A stretch of 64,000 bases of DNA from Eledone cirrhosa (lineage: Eukaryota). Under the pieces are notes generated by a model. That model was not told the DNA's origin, did not search any database, and saw nothing but the letters and a program-made list of their open reading frames with translations. The position numbers were made by a program, and so were the translations under genes. Location of the stretch: the NCBI GenBank assembly GCA_964016885.1, contig OZ024742.1, positions 122,698,001-122,762,000 on the forward strand. Direction: 5' to 3'. Position 1 is the first letter of the stretch, and each line of letters opens with the position of its first letter. Shown one piece after another: positions 1-13,000 of this stretch.

Positions 1-3000
1 TGTCTCACCTATGTATGTTGTTGTCATGTTTCTGCAAGTACCCTCTGTACATCTTATGCTATAGACTACGTTTCTAGTTTTACAGTTTATCCGGGGGTTC
101 ACCTTACATATGATACATTTCCTATTGGTACAGTGGGTTTTCTTAAAAGGGTAGGTTTTGCTGATCAGGGATTTTATGGTGGTTCCTGGCTTTTCTACCA
201 CCTTTATTTTTAAGTGGGTCTTTCTCAGGACCTTTCAACTGGTTAGCTAATTTCCCTCCAGGGGTGGCGTCCACAAACATGACACTCTGGTATCTCTGGT
301 TGTCGTACCATGATGTGGCTTTCCCTATCTTATGTCTAGCCCTATCTAAGTTATTCCATGATTTGCTCCTGTATAATGGGCAAATTCCTTAGATGTCCAG
401 TTCTATGAGGGTCTTATACTTTTCCATGGCTCCTTCGTATACTCTGACTCTGTCTCTTTGGTTGTAGCCAGAGAACTGCATGCGGTTGATGAAGTGTTGG
501 ATGTGTCTTTCCATTTCTGTTGGGTCGCACATGCGGGACACATTCTTCATCACTCGTACCAAATCTGCGATCAGAATATTAAACTTAGCACTACTGGACA
601 TTGCTAAGTTTTTGAGTATCAGGTATTTGGAGGCCATGGGTTTAGCATAGTGTGAGTGGAGAATTTGGGCTCGCTCGTCTATAGTGTTAATCCAGAGTTC
701 TGTGTCTAATACAGGTAGTCTATTGTTAGGGTGTTTGGAAGGGAAGTCGATAGTTACAGTTATACTCTGGTGTATGGAATTAGCTATCTGCTGGATGCTT
801 TCCATCGTGCTACGTTCTAAATCAAACTTGTTAGTACTCTCTAGTGGGGGTGTTCTTATAACTATATTGATATCGTCTACATAACGAGAGTACATGATGA
901 GGTTTATGGAGCTTTCATTAAGGAGATCTTTAAGTCTCCTTTCCCACCATACCATGAAAAGGTTGGCAATATCACCAGCTATGCTGACGCCGATGGCTGC
1001 TCCCTCATTTTGAGTGTAGATTTTCTCATTGAACTTAAATATGTGGCCCTTTAGTGTAGTTTTGATACTAGCCACTATTGCATGTGCGACCATTTCTCTT
1101 ACCTGATCATTGTTTTGGGGGGTCCGTATATCTTTGGTCCACCCAATCCACCTTCCCATGGGAGTCTTTTTTGCCATTGAGGTTATGGTGTGGGTGTCTA
1201 CCTCTGATAAGTCTACTAGGGCAGAAACATCTAAGGTCATGGCTGTCTAGGTAGTCAGTGTCGTAGGTAAGTCTAAGTAGGAGGCCCAGTTCGTCTGTGT
1301 CGACGTCGCAGAACTCCACCTCACTCTCAATGATCATCTCCACACATCTTTTCACAGCAAAATCAATGTTAATGGATGGGTACAGTGACACCACATCCAT
1401 GCTGCCTATTATGCAGTTGGATAGGCTCCTGTTTTTGTTGCACTCACTGATTCTGCTGAGGAGGTCCTCTGCACTGTCACATACATCTGGGGACATCTTG
1501 ATTATGGGGCGTATAACCATTGAGAGGAAGTAGGAGATCCTGTAGTTGCTAGCTATATTAGCTCCGCATACGGGTCTTGTTGGTGGTTCTGTTGTCGGGT
1601 CGTCGACTGTCTTGTGGTCTTTGCGGAGCCCATACAAGGGTGGTATGCCATTGTTAGTCGCCTGGAAGTTGTTGGCAGTGCGTCTGCTTGGCTTTAGGAT
1701 GTCATTCCATATCATCATGTGAGCGTTGAGGATTTTTTCTCTCCCATCGTGTGTTTGTTGTGCAATTTCGCTCGTGTTGGGGATGTGGGGTTGCATAGCC
1801 TCGATGTAGTTCGGCATGCTATCTATTGACATCCTACCAGACTTATCTGTGGGTAGACACACTACCTCACGATCCCTTGTGCGCTGCTTGAGGCTAACCA
1901 TGCCTTCTACAGGTTTCCTCCCAAGTTGTTGGGCCTCTGGTCTGCTCTGTCTCTTAGTATACCTGTCTACTATTTGTCTAATCTTATTTCTAGCTATGGT
2001 GAACTGTGCCTCTGTCTCGTCATCTATTTGTTGTGGTATGCAAACTCTTTTATTAAAGGGTAACCTCGTAGGATAGATATTACCCATCTTATATGTTTTG
2101 TCAGCTGGGTTGAAAAATAGTTTCTCTAAGGGGTTGTCATTATATCTATCGTCATAGTTGTGTGTGTTGCTATTGTTGTTATCAGGGTGGTTGTTGTTGT
2201 TTCTATCATTAGCATTATTATTATTGTTATGAATGCTAGATGTATTGTTGTTTACTTCACCGTTATTGTTGTTGTTGTTACTGTTATTTCTACCATTGTG
2301 CTTGTTACTTTTATTATGTTTCTTGTTTTTGTTGTGTCTATCATTGATGTTGCTACATGTACTATTTCCATTATTACCACTGTGGTTATTGTTATTGTTG
2401 TTCGTATTGTTACCGTTATTACTACTGTAGTCGCTGTTGCTGTGTCTGTGGTTAATGTTTCTATTATTATTATTATTGTGGTTGTTGTTGTTCTGTCTAT
2501 CGCTAGTATTATTAACATTATCACTATTTCTCACTTTCCTGTTATTGTTATGGTTATGGCTGTTATTTCTATACCCAGAGTTGTTGTTTATATTACTACT
2601 ACCGTTATTATTGTTGTTGTTGTTTACCTTTGCATTCCAACATATTTTTGTGAAACACTTTTCCAGCTCCGTTTTGCACTCCATAGGGTTAATCTTTTTG
2701 TAGATGGCAAATTTTGGTGGTAACCGTAGGATTTGTTGTTCTTGTTCACTGATTAAAGTGTTCCCATAGATATTTACTGTGTGGTCATTGGTAAATTCAT
2801 CCGGTAGTTTTACATCAGTCATACGGATATTGTCGATGTTATCTGGGTATTTTAGAGAATATTCGATTTTCCTTTCTTGTAGTTTTTTCTTATTCATCCA
2901 TTCTAATTTCTTCTTGAAATGCCTATTGCATTCGTTTCGAGCGTATTTCGTTTCACGTTGGATGGCGCTCATGAAGTTATCTCTCTCGTTTGCTGTGATG

Positions 3001-3218
3001 AGATTTCGGATATCCTTACCGTTAATGCGTTTCTGTCTGTAGAGTGCGTTGAATTTTGTGTATGTTGTTCTTTTCATATTAACTGTTATTGTGTGTTTTA
3101 GTCGTCCGGCTTGTGTTTTGTTCAATAATAAATTATTTACTTGTTTTGATATGTTTGTTGTGTATGTTTTGGAGGAAACACGGTGTTTTAAGAAGCGGAT
3201 TTGTTCTGTTGTTATTGT
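1..3218 (-). mobile_element. Penelope-like retroelement family A, inverted arm (RT + start of GIY-YIG; runs off window start)
   Basis: ORFs 1107..3314 and 389..1240 carry RT motifs (LPTDKSG, LYGLRKDHK, SMDVVSLYPSI, GAAIGVSIAG, RYVDD). Reverse complement of 3219-6310. Confidence 0.93.
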
Positions 3219-6200
3219 CTCATCACAGCAAACGAGAGAGATAACTTCATGAGCGCCATCCGACGTGAAACGAAATACGCTCGAAACGAATGCAATAGGC
3301 ATTTCAATAGGCATTTCAAGAAGAAATTAAAATGGATGAATAAGAAATACGCTCGAAACGAATGCAATAGGCATTTCAATAGGCATTTCAAGAAGAAATT
3401 AGAATGGATGAATAAGAAAAAAACTACAAGAAAGGAAAATCGAATATTCTCAAAAATACCCAGATAACATCGACAATATCCGTATGACTGATGTAAAACT
3501 ACCGGAAGAATTTACCAATGACCACACAGTAAATATCTGTGGGAACACTTTAATCAGTGAACAAGAACAACAAATCCTACGGTTACCACCAAAATTTGCC
3601 ATCTACAAAAAGATTAACCCTATGGAGTGCAAAACGGAGCTGGAAAAGTGTTTCACTAAAATACGTTGGAATGCAAAGGTAAACAACAACAACAATAATA
3701 ACGGTAGTAGTAATATAAACAACAACTCTGGATATAGAAATAACAGCCATAACCATAACAATAGCAGGAAAGTGAGAAATAGTGATAATGGTAATAATAC
3801 TAGCGATAGACAGAACAATAACAACCACAATAATAATAATAATAATAGAAACATTAACCACAGACACAGCAACAGCGACCACAGTAGTAATAACGGTAAC
3901 AATACGAACAACAACAACAATAACCACAGTGGTAATAATGGAAATGGTACATGTAGCAACATCAATGATAGACACAACAAAAACAAGAAACATAATAAAA
4001 GTAACAACCACAATGGTAGAAATAACAGTAACAACAACAACAATAACGGTGAAGTAAACAACAATACATCTAGCAATCATAACAATAATAATAATGCTAA
4101 TGATAGAAACAACAACAACCACCCTGATAACAACAATAGCAACACACACAACTATGACGATAGATATAATGACAACCCCTTAGAGAAACTATTTTTCAAC
4201 CCAGCTGACAAAACATATAAGATGGGTAATATCTATCCTACGAGGTTACCCTTTAATAAAAGAGTTTGCATACCACAACAAATAGATGACGAGACAGAGG
4301 CACAGTTCACCATAGCTAGAAATAAGATTAGACAAATAGTAGACAGGTATACTAAGAGACAGAGCAGACCAGAGGCCCAACAACTTGGGAGGAAACCTGT
4401 AGAAGGCATGGTTAGCCTCAAGCAGCGCACAAGGGATCGTGAGGTAGTGTGTCTACCCACAGATAAGTCTGGTAGGATGTCAATAGATAGCTGCCGAACT
4501 ACATCGAGGCTATGCAACCCCACATCACCAACACGAGCGAAGTTGCACAACAAACACACGATGGGAGAGAAAAAATCCTCAACGCTCACATGATGATGTG
4601 GACTGACATCCTAAAGCCAAGCAGACGCACTGCCAACAACTTCCAGGCGTCTAACAATGGCATACCACCCTTGTATGGGCTCCGCAAAGACCACAAGACA
4701 GTCGACGACCCGACAACAGGACCACCAACAAGACCCGTATGCGGAGCTAATATAGCTAGCAACTACAGGATCTCCTACTTTCTCTCAATGGTTATACGCC
4801 CCATAATCAAGATGTCCCCAGATGTATGTGACAGTACAGAGGACCTCCTCAGCAGAATCAGTGAGTGCAACAAAAACAGGAGCCTATCCAACTGCATAAT
4901 ATGCAGCATGGATGTGGTGTCACTGTACCCATCCATTAACATTGATTTTGCTGTGAAAAGATGTGTGGAGATGATCATTGAGAGTGAGGTGGAGTTCTGC
5001 GACGTCGACACAGATGAACTGGGCCTCCTACTTAGACTTACCTACGACACTGACTACCTAGACAGCCATGACCTTAGATGTTTCTGCCCTAGTAGACTTA
5101 TCAGAGATAGACCCCCACACCATAACCTCAATGGCAAAAAAGACTCCCATGGGAAGGTGGATTGGGTGGACCAAAGATATACGGACCCCCCAAAACAATG
5201 ATCAGGTAAGAGAAATGGTCGCACATGCAATAGGGGCTAGTATCAAAACTACACTAAAGGGCCACATATTTAAGTTCAATGAGAAAATCTACACCCAAAA
5301 TGAGGGAGCAGCCATCGGCGTCAGCATAGCTGGTGATGTTGCCAACCTTTTCATGGTATGGTGGGAAAGGAGACTTAAAGATCTCCTTAATGAAAGCTCC
5401 ATAGACCTCATCATGTACTCTCGTTATGTAGACGATATCAATATAGTTATAAGAACACCCCCACTAGAGAGCACTAACAAGTTTGATTTAGAACGTAGCA
5501 CGATGGAAAGCATCCAGCAGATAGCTAATTCCATACACCAGAGTATAACTGTAACTATCGACTTCCCTTCCAAACACCCTAACAATAGACTACCTGTATT
5601 AGACACAGAACTCTGGATTAACACTATAGACGAGCGAGCCCAAATTCTCCACTCACACTATGCTAAACCCATGGCCTCCAAATACCTGATACTCTAAAAC
5701 TTAGCAATGTCCAGTAGTGCTAAGTTTAATATTCTGATCGCAGATTTGGTACGAGTGATGAAGAATGTGTCCCGCATGTGCGACCCAACAGAAATGGAAA
5801 GACACATCCAACACTTCATCAACCGCATGCAGTTCTCTGGCTACAACCAAAGAGACAGAGTCAGAGTATACGAAGGAGCCATGGAAAAGTATAAGACCCT
5901 CATAGAACTGGACATCTAAGGAATTTGCCCATTATACAGGAGCAAATCATGGAATAACTTAGATAGGGCTAGACATAAGACAGGTAAAGCCACATCATGG
6001 TACGACAACCAGAGATACCAGAGTGTCATGTTTGTGGACGCCACCCCTGGAGGGAAATTAGCTAACCAGTTGAAAGGTCCTGAGAAAGACCCACTTAAAA
6101 ATAAAGGTGGTAGAAAAGCCAGGAACCACCATAAAATCCCTGATCAGCAAAACCTACCCTTTTAAGAAAACCCACTGTACCAATAGGAAATGTATCATAT

Positions 6201-6581
6201 GTAAGGCGAACCCCCGGATAAACTGTAAATCTAGAAACGTAGTCTATAGCATAAGATGTACAGAGGGTACTTGCAGAAACATGACAACAACATACATAGG
6301 TGAGACAGCTCGTAGCATAGGTGAAAGGATAGACCAACACTGGGGGGGAACTAAAAGGACGAAAAAACGGGTCAGTACTATACGAACATGCTAGACAACA
6401 ACATGAAGGTAACATAGACAACATAGAAATTAGAATAATATCTAAACATAGAAATGACCCGGCAGATAAGCAAATCAGAGAGGCCAGTGAAATAGAAATT
6501 AGAAGACCAAAGCTAAACAGAAAGAATGAATGGAATAACAACAACACCCAAACAAACAACACTGACCTAAGAGAAGTATAA
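3219..6581 (+). pseudogene. PLE RT/GIY-YIG polyprotein, frameshifted, with Asn-rich N-terminal insert
   Basis: ORFs 3484..4593, 4512..5201, 5068..5697, 5707..5919 and 6107..6394 are consecutive pieces of one protein; compare the less disrupted copy at 17046-18930. Confidence 0.9.
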
Positions 6582-6813
6582 ATAAGTAAATAAAATAAGA
6601 TAAATAAATACATACACAAGCACAATAACAACAAGCACATAAACACACACTAGTCACCCATCACAAAGCAAATAAAACACTATACACACACGCAAACGCA
6701 TGCGCAAAGAAGACAAAATAAAATAAACAAACAAGCAAATAAATAAATAAATATATAGACAGACTGAATAAAAAATGGCGTAGACATACAACACAACAGG
6801 AGGAAAATATAAC

Positions 6814-6855
6814 ACCACTGACGATGTTGCAGATGTGCAACGAAAGATTTATGAT
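6814..6855 (+). ncRNA. Minimal type I hammerhead motif, PLE family A pLTR
   Basis: acca-CTGACGA-t-gttgca-gatg-tgcaac-GAAA-gatt-TA-tgat; stem I is weak with a C.A mismatch. Confidence 0.7.
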
Positions 6856-6953
6856 AAACTATATATGTGTTTGTGTCTATATTGTATCTGTATTATTTTT
6901 GACCGTCGGTCAGTCAATGGCAACGTTGAGGACCGAGTAAGTTAGATTACAGA

Positions 6954-7034
6954 TATAAAAGACAGCGAGAAGCGAAAACCAACCAAACAGTGAGTGTGTT
7001 CTGTTATTAATTCTGGCAATATTACACAAATATG
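6954..7034 (+). promoter_or_regulatory. Putative pLTR Pol II promoter (TATAAAA, Inr-like CAGT) and ORF start ATG
   Basis: TATAAAA at 6954, CAGT at 6988, ATG at 7032 opening MTLPKYN. Same layout in the 14.8 kb and 19.3 kb copies. Confidence 0.45.
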
Positions 7035-7142
7035 ACCCTCCCCAAGTATAACTATATATATATATATATACATTATGAAGAGAGAAGAAACATTTAGATA
7101 TAATTAGTAATAAAATGTATCATACCTAAACTGTTCCTAAAT

Positions 7143-7231
7143 TCCTCGACTACGTAGTTTCGTGGCATAAACAAAAAACAATATATCAAAGATATAGAGT
7201 CCTTGCGAGGTCTGCCGACTTATCAAGAGGA
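7143..7231 (-). ncRNA. Type I hammerhead, U3-A8 variant (inverted copy)
   Basis: Reverse complement of 7408-7496. Confidence 0.75.
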
Positions 7232-7407
7232 TACCTCATTTTACTAGTCTCAAGAACGCGTCTACACGACGTGGTATTTTCTTCGTGGTTATAAGAGGCT
7301 TAGCTCTGTTTCTCGACCGTTATATCGCGTGACTGTCTCCCCCTCCGCCTTTTGGGATTCTTTCTCACGTCGTGTAGACGCGTTCTTGAGACTAGTAAAA
7401 TGAGGTA

Positions 7408-7496
7408 TCCTCTTGATAAGTCGGCAGACCTCGCAAGGACTCTATATCTTTGATATATTGTTTTTTGTTTATGCCACGAAACTACGTAGTCGAGGA
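7408..7496 (+). ncRNA. Type I hammerhead, U3-A8 variant
   Basis: tcctc-TTGATAA-gtcggca...tgccac-GAAA-ctacgtag-TC-gagga. Confidence 0.8.
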
Positions 7497-7930
7497 ATTT
7501 AGGAACAGTTTAGGTATGATACATTTTATTACTAATTATATCTAAATGTTTCTTCTCTCTTCATAATGTATTTTTAACTCTGATACTGGTTCAGTCTGGT
7601 TCAAACTGAATTGGTCTGTCCCAGTCATTCATTGAGCAACATCGGTGAAGTTGGCATCCTTAACTCACAGTTGGGTGCGGATGCATTCATGTATATATGT
7701 GTGTGTCCGCATGTATCTGTGTGTTTCTAAATATATATATATATATATATATATAGTTAGGGAAGCAGAAATTGTGATCCACTTCGTGGTTAAGAAAGCC
7801 ATTTTCATGGATGGTTTCAACGTACGGTTAGGGGTAACTACACAAGTTTGTAAGAATTCCGTTCAATCTTGGAGTATAAAGTATAAAAGAGAAAACACAG
7901 GTAAGCATTAAGAGAAGGATTTTATCCAGG

Positions 7931-8032
7931 TATTTACGACCGTTTCATTGGTATGTGCAACCTTATATTGCTATACTGCAAATAGCAGCCACTTGATTAT
8001 AATTGTTGTTCACAGTCCAAATTTTCAAAATA
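7931..8032 (-). ncRNA. Type I hammerhead, U3-A8 variant (UUGAAAA)
   Basis: Reverse complement of 8184-8285. Confidence 0.6.
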
Positions 8033-8183
8033 GTGAATAAGTTACTCTTGAAATAATTCTTAATATATAGAGAAAAACATTTATTTGGAATTATATTTAC
8101 TAGTATAGAGAGAGAGGAATCAGAAGGTGAGGGGACAGACGGAATAGTATAGAGAGAGAGAGGAAGGGGGAAGTGTTACTCAC

Positions 8184-8285
8184 TATTTTGAAAATTTGGA
8201 CTGTGAACAACAATTATAATTGAGTGGCTGCTATTTGCAGTATAGCAATATAAGGTTGCACTTACCAATGAAACGGTCGTAAATA
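8184..8285 (+). ncRNA. Type I hammerhead, U3-A8 variant (UUGAAAA)
   Basis: tatt-TTGAAAA-t-ttgg...ccaa-t-GAAA-cggtcg-TA-aata. Confidence 0.65.
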
Positions 8286-8332
8286 CCTGGTTAAAATCCT
8301 TCTTTTAATACTTACCTGTGTTTTCTCTTTTA

Positions 8333-8433
<101 letters not shown>

Positions 8434-8909
8434 TATACATATATACATTTATATATGAGTGTGGGTGTATGTGTGTGTGTGTTTTTATGTGTATATATAT
8501 ATATATAATCTTCCTCTAACCTCCGTTCATGTCCATTCTACACCACAGTGTCATTCCTCTTTGTTTGCACGTTCAACTGCAGTCCATATTATTCTTTTCT
8601 GTTTTTTTTCTATTTCTCTCCTTTCTATATTCTTTTCGCCCTTGTCTATCCTCTGTCAGACCGTTCAATCCCTTTTTTCTCAGTTGACGCACTCAGGATA
8701 TTTTTCACTTAATTTGCGTAATTCGCCGAAAGTCATAACTTTTCATGATTTTTCCTCTACCTTTTTATTACGTCCCAATGTACAGTGGAATGGATGGTAT
8801 TAACTTTAGAGACCGAAACCATAATGATTTCTAGAGATTGATTGAGGAGATGGGACTGTTTGTTCTTCATTGCCTTTGTCCTGAGCAACCCCTATTTTGA
8901 ATATATATA

Positions 8910-9137
8910 CAGGGTGAGCATAAAGTCTTTCCCTGGTTAAAATATAACATATCTCGGATACTATTTGAGATTTTACTCTTCCCTAGTTTTAATTTATAAA
9001 TTTCAAGTTTAAAGGTTTTCTGAACATGCTCTACATCTTTTTTTCTAGAGGTAATAGTTGAAATGTTCAGTTACTAAATGGCGTCTATGAAACAAAGACC
9101 TAGGTGTTTTTTCTGGTTTCAAAGACTATATGCTCAC

Positions 9138-9141
<4 letters not shown>
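8910..9141 (+). mobile_element. Tc1/mariner-derived MITE
   Basis: TA-CAGGGTGAGCATAAAGTCTTT ... AAAGACTATATGCTCACCC imperfect TIRs; retains MASMKQRPRCFFWF, resembling a mariner-type transposase N-terminus. Confidence 0.65.
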
Positions 9142-9185
<44 letters not shown>

Positions 9186-9189
<4 letters not shown>

Positions 9190-10024
9190 ACATAAACAGA
9201 GAAAGCTTTAAGCCATACTCCGACCAATTCCATCTCACTCAACAAATATTAGGATATACTTAAGTATTGTCCCAATTTAGTGTTTGGGGTGCTAACTAAT
9301 CAGTATTTACTGGATAGTTGGTTGTATTATTGTATAGAGACATTATTAAATAAATATATCTTTCCTTCCAGACGGCCGTTTCGTTATAAGATTTCTACAA
9401 TTTGGGATAAATAATTTCCAGGTTATGTAGAAACTTGCATATAATCCGTAGTTTTATACACAAGCGGGCTCTTATAAACTCATCAGTGGATGCCCAAACA
9501 ATATCGATATAAGAATTATATCGACATTGATAGAATTGTGATGGTCTCCCTCAGCGCTAAGAAGAGACTGGTAGATTAGAATCCAGCAGTTCTCCCAAAG
9601 AAAAATTACACGCTGTCCCCAAAAGGGTAAAGGGAGGTCATCTTAAAATAAACAATATACACGCTGGTCAATTAAATCTGTTAGGTATTAACCACGTGTA
9701 TAATAACTCAATTGGAAATTTAAAAGAATAATCATAATGTATATATAACCAATGTCAAACACAGATATTAAAACATAATAAATATATGTATGGATCACCC
9801 ACACATACACATAGTTATTCTCTAAGGCTAAATCAGACATGGGATACAAGGAAGATCAATCAGTATTTCATATACAAAATAATAATAATAAAGAGAGTCA
9901 TACCTTAATTCTGAAATCCATATCATGCTCCCAAGAGTATATATTCAATACATAAACAGAGAAAGCATTAAGCGATACACCGACCAATTCCATCTCACTC
10001 AACAAATATTAGGATATATTTAAG

Positions 10025-10028
<4 letters not shown>
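9186..10028 (-). mobile_element. Non-coding HHR element with about 83-bp terminal redundancy (about 760-nt unit)
   Basis: 9186-9268 is repeated at 9946-10028; contains an HHR; lies between (TA)n tracts. Confidence 0.7.
9367..9490 (-). ncRNA. Type I hammerhead with long stem II
   Basis: tcca-CTGATGA-gtttataaga...tcttataac-GAAA-cggccg-TC-tgga. Confidence 0.8.
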
Positions 10029-10061
<33 letters not shown>

Positions 10062-10066
<5 letters not shown>

Positions 10067-13000
10067 ATAGGGAGAAAACAACGTCTTCGAATTCGATGCC
10101 AAATACTACACACGGAAATCTGGGACTGCCAAGGGCACGAAAGTAGCCCCCTCATACGCCAACCTTCTCATGGGATATTTGGAAACTACTCTCTACCATA
10201 AAGTTCAAGACAAATCCGGTAACCACTTCTACCTACACATAGAAAAAAAACTGGAAGAGATATCTGGACGACTGCTTCATCCTCTGGCATGAAAGTATAG
10301 AAAGACCGATTGAGTTTAAAACCCTTCTAAATGGACTCAACACAAACTTACAATTTACAATGAATTACAGCCATGAACCGACAACCTCATCAAGAAAACA
10401 AACAACAAAATAGAAACAGACATATATTACAAACCCACAGACTCCAAACAATATCTTCCATTTAACTCGTGCCACCCTCGCCATACCAAAATGGCAATTG
10501 CTTATAACCTAGCCAGATGGATCTGCACAATAGTTTCAGATAAATACACATGCTACACACGACTAGAAGAATTGAAGAACACTCTTATCAGCAGAAACTA
10601 CCCACCCTCCCTAATCAACAACGTGCGCTAAAACTCAACATCCAGGAACTCAGATACCCCAAACCCAGGAATAAACCGCAACAGAAAACTCTACCATACA
10701 TCTCCACACACAACCCACTCAACAATGAGGCATTCGACACCATCCTCCAGAACATTCCTTTAATAAAAAGAGACCCAAGAATGAACAAAATCCTCCAAAC
10801 GCACAACATCATAAAGAGCAAAAGACAACCTAAATCCATAAAAAAACATCCTCACACAAGCCAAAATCCAACCAATCCTCGCAATGAACCCTACAATAAA
10901 AAAAAATGCGGAAGGCCCAACTGTGGTATATGCATAAATCTAATATAAGGTCTAACATTCCATTTTAAACAAGGACAACATTTTACAGTTAAATACAACT
11001 TTATATGTGCATCTGAAAGCATAATCTATGTTTTGACCTGCTCAGGTTATCGAGAGCACTACATTTGACAGACAAAAAAATAGCCTCCGACAACGTATGA
11101 CCGTCCATAGATCACAAATCAAAATAGAGGAATACAGAATGATTGCTTTTAGTGAACATATCGCCAATCGTACACCTAACCAACATCCAAACATCAAAAT
11201 TTTCCCCATTTACAAATTCATAGATAACGCTTTTTTCATCCATCGTACCAATAAGGAAACGTACTTCATTAACAAATTCCAACCTCTACTTAATGGACTA
11301 AACTTCGGACTAAACTAAAACTGGAACGAACAATGAACCAAAGCCCAATCCCTATGTTCTCTAAAGAGTTACCTCCCTACACCCTATCTAATCCTTTTTC
11401 TTATATAAATGAATTACCCCTCTCATTTCTGTCTCTCCTAACTGACCACCCTGAATTACCTCCCCCTGCATATTAACACACTAAAAAGGGAAATCATATA
11501 AAACCTCAGACTACCATTTGCCTCTATTATGAACCAACCAAGCGCTCTTGCCATAATAATACATTTTGAACTGCTTATCCTCAAGAACTATGCCTTTAAA
11601 TAATATTATTCTTTCTTTCCCATTTACTTAATATGTTCAACATCACATTATTTTCTCTCCAACATTTTATACCAATACAAATTCCCCCTTTGATAACACT
11701 GGTCAATTGCTAAAATTGTTCTTACATTTGAAAATGTGCATCTTACTAAATTCATAGCACTAAATTCAGTTTTGATATTAATTTTTTGCTATCGGACCAG
11801 AATGCCTTAATATGAGATCGAAAATATGTTTCTCGTATTGCATTATTTATCCATTGCGTAACATATGATGACTTAGATATAAACATATTAACTTATTAAT
11901 ACAAATATATAAACATATTTTCATTTATTTTTTTAACACTTAGTATATTAACAAAACATTTCTGAACAACATTCTAAACGTAACAAAATATTTCAAAACA
12001 TTTCTAAAAAAATTCCTGAATTTTGCTTTTATGCTTGTTTTGCTGGCTCTCCTCACGTTGCAGTGTCCAGCAGTAGTCGCCGATCATGTTGGGATTGAAC
12101 CGACCTGATACCTACTCTCTATTATGGCAATGTCTTGGTGAAACCTCTCTCCATGTTCATCACTGATGTCTCCTAGATTACTTCGGAAGAAATCCAGATG
12201 AGAATGGAAGAAATGAAGCTTCAACGACATTCGTGAACCCAGAGCGCGATAATTTTGTATCTTTTTTTCAATAATTTCTTTATAGTTGTCTGCACGGTGG
12301 TTTCCAAGAAAGTTCTATGTCACATCTACAAATGATTTCCATGAAGTAGTCTCCAAATGGTTTAGTGTTTTCGTAAACTCGCCATACGAACCAGCACCGT
12401 TAACCAGCATACGAATATGAGGACCATTCAAAACACCTACTTTTAGCTTTGCTTCAGATACCACTCTACCCAATTTCTTACACAAGTACTGAAACCCATT
12501 ACATGTATGATCCATGCTTTTAATAAAGTTTTTGACCAAGCCTAATTTGAGATGTAATGGAGGGAGGAATACTTTTTCTGGATCCACAAGAGGTTTGTAC
12601 AGACAGTTAAATCTACCGGGTGCATCCTTTGGTCTTGTTGGCCAATCCTTCTTCATGTAGTGCTCCGCATCTGCTCTACTATTCCACAAACATAGAAAAC
12701 ACATGCTTTGTGTAACCAGTCTGAAGACCTAGAAGTAGACTAATTAAGTTGTTTATGAAGATGACAAGTTGTTATAATGCGGACGCCAGGTTCCAGCAGG
12801 TTTCGTGGCTTCAGTTTTGATCCCATGAGCTCTGCCTTTTCTTTAGACAAATGTAGGTCTCTAATGAGATCGTGAAGAGCTTCCTGGTTAACTGTATGGG
12901 TTCACTTGTCTCATGTTCGTCTTGATAATCAACATCAATAGGGGTGCTACTGGAATCACAATCAGCGATTAGCTCGTGTTCAGCAGGTGGAACTGGAACA

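Larger units (their letters stand above)
3219..7052 (+). mobile_element. Penelope-like retroelement family A, 5'-truncated, RT + GIY-YIG + 3' pseudo-LTR
   Basis: Broken ORF chain 3484-6581 with RT motifs, CxxxxCxxC linker and NVVY..YIGETARS GIY-YIG. 3' region holds an HHR and ends in (TA)n. Confidence 0.95.
7070..7735 (+). mobile_element. Non-coding HHR-bearing element (591-nt family) with inverted 5' segment
   Basis: 7070-7272 is the reverse complement of 7368-7570. Near-identical to 22811-24062. Flanked by (TA)n. Confidence 0.8.

Noticed and set aside
2160-4149. Hydrophobic poly-Leu/Val/Ile ORFs resembling membrane proteins
   Set aside because: Antisense or alternative frames of the Asn-rich PLE insert.
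3219-6581. Selenocysteine recoding or programmed frameshifting in the PLE ORF (as in some Naiad PLEs)
   Set aside because: The stops seen are TAA, the endonuclease is C-terminal, and the 17-kb copy reads through these sites.
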